A DNA stretch of 64,000 nucleotides, from NCBI GenBank assembly GCA_024704765.1, contig JAKMXF010000328.1, forward strand, positions 253,060 to 317,059, written 5' to 3'. This DNA is from Oopsacas minuta (lineage: Eukaryota; Animalia; Porifera). The notes below the pieces were generated by a model. It worked only from the letters and a program-made list of their open reading frames with translations, did not search any database and was not told the DNA's origin. Below, piece by piece: positions 54,961 to 64,000 of this stretch. Made by a program: the position numbers and the translations under genes. The stretch's first letter is position 1, and every line of letters begins with the position of its first letter.

Positions 54961-56699
54961 ATCTGAGAATTAGTAAAACGTCCTCAAAGATTTCTTACAG
55001 TGAGTAAGCTCAAGGCCGAGTTTAAAAGATAATGGGGAGAATTGTCATGCTTCCGGGCAATTATGAAATTCAGATTTTCTAATTATCTTGTCATTCATTC
55101 ACTAGTTATAAAAATTCGACTTAATTGGCATTCGATTGAACCGGTATCAATCTTGTTCATTTGATCATATATTGTACTTTTAAATGTTTAAACCAGACAG
55201 GAATCATTTCCCTATACACCAAAAGATATTGAACAATTCGGTTGCAACTAGACCCAAGTGTCGTGTTCAAATTTCGCATCAACAAGACACGAAGGACAAA
55301 AGTAAACACGAACAGGACACAAGACGAAGCACGAAACACTAAATATCCCGTTCAATACGATCGAACACGGTTCGCCTTCGTACTGTGATCGTTCAGCTCT
55401 AGTTGCAACCTCGATTAATAACCAAAGATAAATTCGGATCTCTTATTTTTATGAAAACATATTTAATTAGTTGGCAACTAATCAAAGAATTTAATTATGG
55501 TGGCAAACCAAAAATAGAACTCAGATAAGAAGTACCCCTCGGGAAAGTAAATTAGTGTAGTAACCGAAGTAGGTCTTATCCGAATCTTCTTCTTATATAC
55601 AATTAGTACAAAAATATAAGGCGTTTTGGAGATAAGTAGGAGATATCGGAATTTGTTATACCTACTTTAGGTATTAGTCCTAAACCAAAATGTGAGTTTG
55701 TCTTAAAGAAATTCAGAGTTTGGAATTTGTCCTAGATTGAAATTCTGAATTTCCCCATAATCTATCATATAATTCTCTTCACATACTTGTAAAATACAGT
55801 ATATAATGAATAGAGTGATAACGCTGGAGGCACAGATTTTTGGGCCAAAAATATCACTAAAACCAATATATATATCACGATATCCACTAATTTTGTATGG
55901 GTATTGTGTATTCGGTACAAGAATGAAGGAATAAACATATCACTATATCCATTATGTACTGTAGCTCGGTGCACCGAGTTTTAAATCCGGGTTAGGGGCG
56001 TAGCTAGAGTTTATTGTTTAGGTAGGCCTGAGTCTAGCAGGGCTACTGTATATTCTTACAACACCTAGTGACGAGGCCCAGGCCTCAGTAGACATCTGCA
56101 AAGCACGCGACTGATTCAGGGAATTCCCTAATAGATGTTTCTAAGCCGCGATCCACAAGCCATTAGGGCAAATAAAATAGTTTGCGAGCAACAAGATTCC
56201 CCACAAAGACAACTGAGACGGAGTGTTTTGATTTGTCATGAGATAACAATTAAAGGAATAATTCGGAAAAGGAAATAGTTAGTGCAGTTTCTAATGCAAG
56301 TTTACATATTCGCGTTTGGTAGAAACCCACTCACAGGTTCACAAAGTTCGGGCGGGTACAACTCTAAGATGTTTAACAGACTTTTATACGCAATTAAATA
56401 GCCTGCCTGGGCTGTTACTAGTTAAAGTAGAGTAATTTTTGATATTGCTGAGTCATTGTCGCTTCATTTTGGTTCCAATTAGGCTGCATTCTACGACGTT
56501 GCCATAGCAAAGAGAGGCTCTTTTCAAACTAAGAGAGCACTACCCCCTCAGTTTTGTGGAAATCAGTTCCCTAATAAAATAAAAAAAGTCACAAAAATGG
56601 TGAATTACGTGATATAAGGACTGGATATTACAAGTATTTTCTGGGATAGGGATAAATAAGAAGTCATTGTAGTATATTTGAAGTATAACTATCTCATGA

Positions 56700-57560
56700 T
56701 ATTGGCAAATATACTGCAGCTTTAATAAAGTTTAACAAATGTGATGTAATGAATTAAATCACACATCTAGAAAATATTTTCAGGTCCAAAAGATGTCACG
56801 TGTTCGCCTAATAGGTTGATATGTTGGAAAATGCTCCAAGTTTGAAACGCTATTAAACGATAACTGTCGACAATATATTTCAAATTTAAATTATGAAACA
56901 TTCTAAAAGATTTTAATACAAAATATCAAAATTTTCCATGATCAAATTGGCTAGTTCTTGAGTTAAATATGAAACCATGGATTGCACTTCCATGTCAATA
57001 TTCACCCATAACTTGATAATCGTTACAGTTAGAGTCAAGATAGCCAAATTATATTACATGCTCAAATTCCCATACCCTGATAATACAGTTTGATATGATA
57101 TCTTGTACCATTGTAACTTAATCCTGAATATGCCCAATTATGGCCATTTTCAAGATTTCGGAAAAATATTCTGAGGTATCACATCAAATTGTATAATCAG
57201 GGTATGGGGAATATGGGTATGTAATGTAATTTGGCTATTTTGATAAGACTATAACTGCAACGATTATCGAGTTATAAGTGAATATTGACATAGTAGTACA
57301 ATCAATGATTCAGCTGTAACTCAAGAACATTACCATGACAATTATAGATATTTTTACAAAAATAATTTTCGACTAATTCATAATTGAACTATGAATCCTA
57401 GATCAATTATTAGTTTAATAGCGTTAGCATTTCCAATATATCAGCCTATAGGCGATAACATGACATCTTTTCGACCTGAAAATATTTCCTAGATGCGAAA
57501 TGGGTGATTTAACACATCATATTTGTTAAACTTGGTGATAGCTTCAAAATATTTGCTAAT
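56700..57560. mobile_element. About 860 bp imperfect palindrome: two long TIRs joined head to head
   Basis: CAGGTCCAAAAGATGTCA / TGACATCTTTTCGACCTG, ATAACTTGATAATCG / CGATTATCGAGTTAT and CATACCCTGAT / ATCAGGGTATG; symmetry centre near 57137. Confidence 0.85.
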
Positions 57561-58687
57561 CTATGGTATTTTTAGGTATTTAAATTATGTTGTACAGATA
57601 TGTATACGTATTAGCTGAGCTAGACCCTCACTTGTTAATCCAGGGAATTTTTGCAATATTTACAAACTCTCTTCTCTATATATTTCTTATAATAAAGTCG
57701 AGCATCCATAATCTGACACCTGTGTAATCAGGAATTTCCCTAAACTGAGATTATTTTTGTTCGCGGATCGTTTTTGTAATGAAGACAACCCCAATATTCC
57801 GGAACCTCGCTATCCGACAATTTAACGATAATCGAGTAATGTAAATTCGACTTATTTCGTCTATCAAAAAACGTCAAATTATGGAGGTTATTTACCTACA
57901 TAATCTGACAATATAGTTTTCTAGGTATGTTGAATCTAGTATATTCCTAGCATAACATAACACAACCATAAGGCTTGCATTGACTTTTAAACCTCTATAA
58001 TCAGACAGTTTCTTTCCTTTTCAAATAATATTATGGCTCTTCGAAGGGGTATGGGAAAAGGTCCGTGAAATTTTGAATTGAATGGATTTGTTTGTTGTAG
58101 TGTAATCGGGATGTTAATTGGTTTACCTTTGTCAAACAATTTTAATTGTTTCTTCGATATGATAATAGTTATACACTTATACTACAGTTCAATATAATGA
58201 TTCTTGAATGTGCATGAAAAGAACGTATTTCGATTAGAAGCGAGGCAATCCCATGATCTGGCAACCGAGAGCAAATTGTTTTTATTACAAGAATTGTTGG
58301 ACATCAGGGGCAGACGGGGCAAGGATTTTCATCTGGGGCAAATCCCTTATCTGCCACACTTTAGGACTGCCACTGGTTAGGAGGGCCGGATGGGTAATAG
58401 GTCGAAATAAGAGATATGATTTGGGTAACGGCGTGAAAAAGGTTCGGAAACACTGAATTAAAGTAATGGAAAATCGTCTGATTTGGATCAAAATATCTTA
58501 CTTCCATTTAGCCGTTGACAGCAAGTTTATATGACTTTTTGTATTTTTCACAAATGATAATCATTGTTAACACTACATGAAGATTGCAAATTGCCTACAC
58601 ACGATTAACTCGTAAGTATGAAATCCGGATTCGGATTTTGAGTTTGGATATGCCAAACTCTGAATTCCTTTAGGACTATAGTATGAG

Positions 58688-59868
58688 ATTTCCACTACCA
58701 TGAGATTCTTACTACCTTGTATATACGGACCATGGATACCCAATTGCTCTGAGATTTCTACTAGCTTAGGAATCAGTAGGAATGCATTCACACTTCGACG
58801 TATGCTAACTACTTTATATTAGTTACAGTTATACTGATTACCACACACTGGCATATACAGCAACTGTTTAGTGTTTATCAAGAGGGTTTAATATTCAGAT
58901 ATACAGTATACTTAATTGATAAGTTGATTTAATCAGCTATGTAACTTATAAACTAGCAGAGCATTAAGCGTTCTTCAATTTTGGAGCAGGATCCTACTAT
59001 TAATTTCAAAGTGATCGTGCTCCAATTGCACATTATAATTCTTCTAGAATCTAGAAGAACATACAGTATATTGCATTAGAGTTAATCAACACCGAAATGG
59101 ACCACGTAGGCACGTACCACCTTAACTTCGGGAAAATGCCAGTAGACAGCCTCAAATGAATATCAACTACGTAATTGTTAACTAGAAATTCCACAAATAC
59201 AAAACTTAATTTTCTCACTAACACACTTTGAGAAAGATAAACAAGTTTTCATTAAAAGCTCCCTTAGTAATTAATTCTTGTAAATGTGGTAGTTATCTAA
59301 TTGAAACATTTGGAATTGTTCTCTTGAAATTTAGTTTTGCAAGCATCGTGGTTGCAGCTAACGAGTGGGTAAGAGTGCAAGACATTTACTGATCTGGGTT
59401 TTGATAGGCGAATTATTAGAAGAAGGTAGAAGAGGCATGAGACATAGATTTACTGATCGCAGTAAAATGTCTATCCATATATACTCTACTATCAGTAAAC
59501 TACTGCCACTATATAATTTCACAATCACTACTGACCACTCCGTGCCCCACATAGGATATCAAGATTAAATTTCAATAAATTAATGACAGTATCTGCTAGT
59601 TTATATGTTACTTCACTAATTAAAATCAACTTATGAATAAAGTATACTTTATACCTTAATATATTAAACCCTCTTGGTAAACACTAAACAGTGGTTATAT
59701 ATGCCAGTGTGTTGTATAATCGTAACTAATAGTGAAGTATAAAGTAGTTAGCATACGTAGAAGTATCACTGAATCCCTGTTATTCCTAAGCTAGTATACA
59801 TCTCGTACAATTGGGCATCCATGGTCCGTATAGACAAAGTAGTAGAATCTTATGGTAGTAGAAAACTC
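58688..59868. mobile_element. Foldback element: ~270 bp imperfect inverted arms (58688-58960 / 59592-59868), ~630 bp core
   Basis: TACGGACCATGGAT.CCCAATTG / CAATTGGG.ATCCATGGTCCGTA, ACTGGCATATA / TATATGCCAGT and AAACTAGCAGA / TCTGCTAGTTT. Confidence 0.8.
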
Positions 59869-60214
59869 GTACAACAGGACAAATTCAAATGGTGATATGA
59901 CAAATTATGACAATATTAGTTAGATACTGAACTACAGGAAATATAGTATTAGTGTTAGTAATTACATTATATACCCGTTGCCAAACCATTGCTATTTTTG
60001 TTTGCCATAATATGAATGCAAAAGGTAATCGATTTGCAAGAATAATTGTATACATGGATTATTTGCCAAATAATTGAATTTAGTCGACAAGAATATTATA
60101 TTAAATGCAAAGTGATATCAACATAAGTTTCTAAAAATCGTAGCAACAGGTTGCTATAAAATCTGTAATAGAAACATTAAACGAATATTGATACGAATAA
60201 GAACCCACATATAT

Positions 60215-60653
60215 TTCGTATTTCAGAATTGATTGAAGAAACTGGAGGGCCCTCAGGGCTGATTTTTGGCATACAGGGGTATTTTTGGGCCTGGTTCGGA
60301 CCTTCGACGAAAATTCACAACTATTCCAAAATTATGAAATAATTGTCCAGTTCTTCGAAAATCGAAATATTAGCCACTGCTCAGCCAATATACATGATAA
60401 AATTTGGAAATTTAATCACAGATGACATCGTGATTTTGACAAATGCCACACGTCATTTGAAATTATTACGTCATCATGACTGCACAAAAAATGAAAAAAT
60501 CATGGATAATCAATAAATAAATTAAATTTCCCCTATTTTGTGAATCTGAGGAACGTCGTGCTGATTATATCCAGCCGCGTAGCGACCAAAGGCAATAAGC
60601 TGTTGCGCAGCGACCTAGCAAGCGCAGCGACCTAGCAAGCGAAGCGAGCTAGT
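60215..60653 (+). repeat. Helitron-like non-autonomous repeat, copy B
   Basis: Same motifs as copy A; ends (GCGCAGCGACCTAGCAA)x2 GCGAAGCGAGCTAG|T. Confidence 0.65.
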
Positions 60654-60695
60654 TGGTATTAATTAATAAACAAATACTTAACAATTACCACTGAC

Positions 60696-61095
60696 CTGAA
60701 TGTCCTCTCATAATGTATAGACATGACCATGATTCTAAGTATGGCCCTCGAGGGCCAACACTATGCTTGTTGGTTTGCATAGAAACACTTCTTAACTGCC
60801 AGATGAGCACTCCCTTATCAACACCAGCAGAAGCTAACCAATTTCCTGAATGATTCCACCGCACACAATTAACGCAACCATGATGATTTGTCATTTGAGA
60901 CAATAGATGAGGTAATTCAGATTCCAAACCCTCAGATGCTGACTCTGAATCGAGGGATGCGGTACTCCAAACACTGACTTGGCCTGAGTCATTCAGCACA
61001 CCTCCTGTAGCAAATCTTTTGCCGTCTGGGTGAAAATGGATTGAAATGATAGGTTCACCTTTATAATTTACCCATGAAGGTTTCACTATCTTCAT
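60696..61095 (-). CDS. HIRA: HIRA exon 1 (400 nt)
   Basis: MKIVKPSWVNYKGEPIISIHFHPDGKRFATGG...HHGCVNCVRWNHSGNWLASAG matches the HIRA N-terminus. Confidence 0.95.
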
Positions 61096-61416
61096 CGTTG
61101 AGAGCTAAAATATATCGTAACTTATCGTACCTAGTTTGTCAAAGGTCATTACAAGACTAGAGTGCATTTCAAATACAAACAAAAATATGAGGTACGTATT
61201 TGCGCCTTAAACACTTAATTGAATGTACTCAGCATGTGCTGAAAGTATTTGCATAGTATATTAGTATAAAGACATACATTCGCAACCAATAATAATCAAA
61301 CCATAGTATTCTATATACAAGGCAATAGCACTCTATTGAAATTTTGGACCATGGATGGGTAATTACCATCGACTTTCAAAGTACAATGTATTAGCTATAG
61401 GTGTGATTCTACTGCG

Positions 61417-62097
61417 AGGGAGCTGCACATGTCAGAATTTACTGTTCTAATTTTGTCAGAATATTTAGTTCTGCACTTGTCAGAATGGATATTTTAGAGT
61501 TCTGCACTTGTCAGAATAGTTTTCATCGAGTTTTGACTTTGTCAAATGGTTTTTATCGAGTTTTGACTCTGGGAGAATTGGACTTTGATGGGATTATCTA
61601 GCTAGCTTTGCTTGAGCTGAGAAGAGCAGGCATTTCAGTACACTATTTAGATAACTGGCCAGGTGTTTTTATAATACAGCTATATTTAAAGAATTACTGG
61701 AAGGTGATATTTAAATACGTCAATCCAAGACAATAAACTACTAAATAGTGTCGAACTAAATACAAAAATTAATTCTCCCAAATAGAAGCACAAAAACTCG
61801 ATTAAAATCATTTTGACAAAATCAAAACTCGATAAAAACTATTTTGACAGTTGCAGAATTCTATAATATCCATTCTGACAAGTGCAGAACTCTAAAATAT
61901 CCATTCTGACAAGTGCAGAACTCTAAAATATCCATTCTGACAAGTGCAGAACTCTAAAATATCCATTCTGAAAATTACAGAACTCTAAAATATCTATTCT
62001 GACAAGTGCAGAACTCTAAAAAATCGATTCTTACAAGTGCAGAACTAAATATTCTGACAGGATCAGAACTGTAAATTCTGACATGTGCATGTTCCCC
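61417..62097. mobile_element. 681 bp MULE foldback MITE with asymmetric ~30 bp subterminal tandem repeats
   Basis: Perfect 9 bp TSD TCTACTGCG (61408-61416, 62098-62106); TIR core GCACATGTCAGAATTTAC; unit ATCCATTCTGACAAGTGCAGAACTCTAAAAT, about 3 copies left and about 7 right. Confidence 0.92.
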
Positions 62098-62399
62098 TCT
62101 ACTGCGCTCCCAGCTAATTATTAATCATCAGTTTAAATGATTTACCGCACCCGCCCTGATTTATTTAATATTAGAATATTAAAAGTCAACATAATAGATT
62201 TTAATAAGTCAAACCATATATTTAACACTACAATACGTATATGTAGTATACAACAAATAACATAATACATTCTCTTGGTAGTAGTAACAGTAATATATTA
62301 TACTGTCATAAACGTCCAGCTGAACATAACAAATCGAATAACAATACAATAGCTTCAGTCTTCTACACAAACTTCTAACAGTAAAATGATCTAAAAAAG

Positions 62400-63635
62400 A
62401 ACAAAGAATAATTTTTGTATTTTTAAGCTTAGTATTATCCCTATTTAAAACCATAAAGTTGTAATTGCGGACTCTCTTCGACAAGATTATATTTGACCAT
62501 GTAACACACAATTTCTTCAATATTTCCCGATTTCCAAACGCCACAGGAGCAACAATCATTCCAAACATCAGTATATTTCTCTGAAATGATTGTCATAGAA
62601 ATGAGTACCAAGAAACTCCCGGACTGTGCAGAATAGAATTTCTTGATGAGGGAATCACTGTTCTCTATCATCAGAAAGGTTTTATCAAGATAGTAACAGA
62701 CTTTACTACACAAGAAGAAGGATATTTAAGAGAACTTCGATCTACTAAATTAATCAAAGTATATTGAGAACCAAAGTCATTATTAACTTCTAGGAGTCGA
62801 TCTGTTGTTAAAAGATCGTGACAACATTGACAAGTATTTTACTTTTTTATGAAAGAGAAGGCTGCATATCCTGCTATATAGATGAGCCATTCTATCTGAG
62901 AAACTTCTAATTCAATGAGCGAGATATCATCCAATATAGTCACATAAGGTTCTATATCGAGTTGCTTTTCGTCACTTATACACTCACAATCGTCTGCGAA
63001 TTGTATAAGGTATTCTTCTAGTGGGACGTTATCTGCCAAACCATATTTTATATCAAAAACTTTGAAAAGGTTGGAAAATTGTAGTCTTCGTTCGCTTTCT
63101 AAAACTTGGTTAAAAGATATTTGATAGTGAGACCCTAACATTTGTCTGTATAATCCAAAATGGTGTTCTAAAGCATCATTTGTATTCTCGCAGTAAGAAG
63201 ATATTGGTGCCCACAATTTTCAGTTAGTTGTTTGACTAGTAGTGGTAATACCTCAGATGTATCTAAAGCTGGTAAAGGTTTGTGGTGTTAATTTTCCGGA
63301 CAAAAAAGGTAGATTAACCCAACTATGCAACCAGGAGACCACGTTGTTCAAAAAGAGCAACCGAAAATCGTCTGGGTATATTGGGGCTGAAAATTCATCA
63401 TTAAAACGTATATTTTTCCCAACCCAGTTCACATTGAATATTTTCCGTACCCAGTTAATAAGATCAAGAAAATCTACTGTTTGATTGATGTGTTTGGTGT
63501 CATTTTCGATTTTCCACGCTAATAGGCCGGCAGATGTTGTCTCATGAAAAATTTCCAATGCAAAACTGACATTTTGCCGTTCTAAGCTTGAGGGCCAACA
63601 AGCTTTCGCTGTTAATTTTGGTGCTCGTTTCAATA
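62400..63635 (-). pseudogene. P/THAP9-type transposase C-terminal half, interrupted by a Tc1 insertion
   Basis: APKLTAKACWPSSLERQNV, GKLTPQTF, NDALEHHFGLYRQ and YIAGYAAF. Confidence 0.88.
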
Positions 63636-63637
63636 TA

Positions 63638-64000
63638 CAGGGTGTATAATGATTGATGCGCTATATTTATATTTAAGAATAACCTTTATATTTACACTAG
63701 TAAAATGAATCTAGTTTAATGTATCTTAATCTCTTACCTTTTAGTTATCAATACACATAATCTTTAATACTATTTCATCTAACTCGTGCCTATATTTATA
63801 CGAAAATTAAACTTTGCTTTTTTCTTGAAAATTAGTCTATTAAATATGGTCAAAGAGCATCCTCTATCTTCTCGAAATCGAGCTATTGGGATGTTAGAAG
63901 CAGGATTTACGCAAAGAAAATGCGCTAAGTTAATAGGGCCAGATATTAGCACAATCAGACGTTGGTGGAGTCGGTACAAGAAAGGGGAATCCCTTCAGAA
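63638..64000 (+). mobile_element. Left end of a Tc1/mariner element, continuing beyond the window
   Basis: TA|CAGGGTGTATAATGA TIR (resembles the 25388 terminus); open frame from ATG 63846: MVKEHPLSSRNRAIGMLEAGFTQ...TIRRWW. Confidence 0.85.

Larger units (their letters stand above)
53062..60695 (-). other. HIRA: HIRA intron, 7,634 bp, phase 1, GT-AG
   Basis: Donor TCAG|GTCAGT and acceptor TTTATAG|; joining restores ...RGHSG-EVLDL as in HIRA orthologues. Confidence 0.9.

Noticed and set aside
45767-58375. Small hAT-like GC-rich ends at ~2185, 3060, 29810, 30070, 32580, 45767, 49140, 53675 and 58305
   Set aside because: They have plausible TIR motifs, but I could not confirm paired ends with a matching 8 bp TSD, so they are not listed as features.

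Overview
AT-rich animal genomic scaffold with one 457-N gap. It holds three intact, intron-poor housekeeping genes (CPT2 and DCAF11/WDR23 without introns; HIRA with a single 7.6 kb intron) and one broken coiled-coil/NHL-repeat gene, all embedded in decayed transposons: Tc1/mariner, hAT, P/THAP9, MULE-type foldbacks, Helitron, Ginger, Gypsy and a Penelope-like element. The gene style and the NHL family resemble a glass sponge such as Oopsacas; this is inference, not a database result. Strongest observations: (1) a canonical-type Helitron PIF1 helicase whose frame runs on into a C-terminal OTU deubiquitinase domain, visible only after frameshift repair; (2) a 6,974 bp palindrome with 3,190 bp arms built from a dead P/THAP element and centred on a MULE-like foldback, either a real TIR-extension product or an assembly artefact; (3) a complete Ginger1-type transposon (integrase plus OTU, CCGG target duplication) nested in a Gypsy integrase. 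No tRNA, rRNA or CRISPR features were recognised. Coordinates of decayed elements are approximate unless TIRs or TSDs are quoted.
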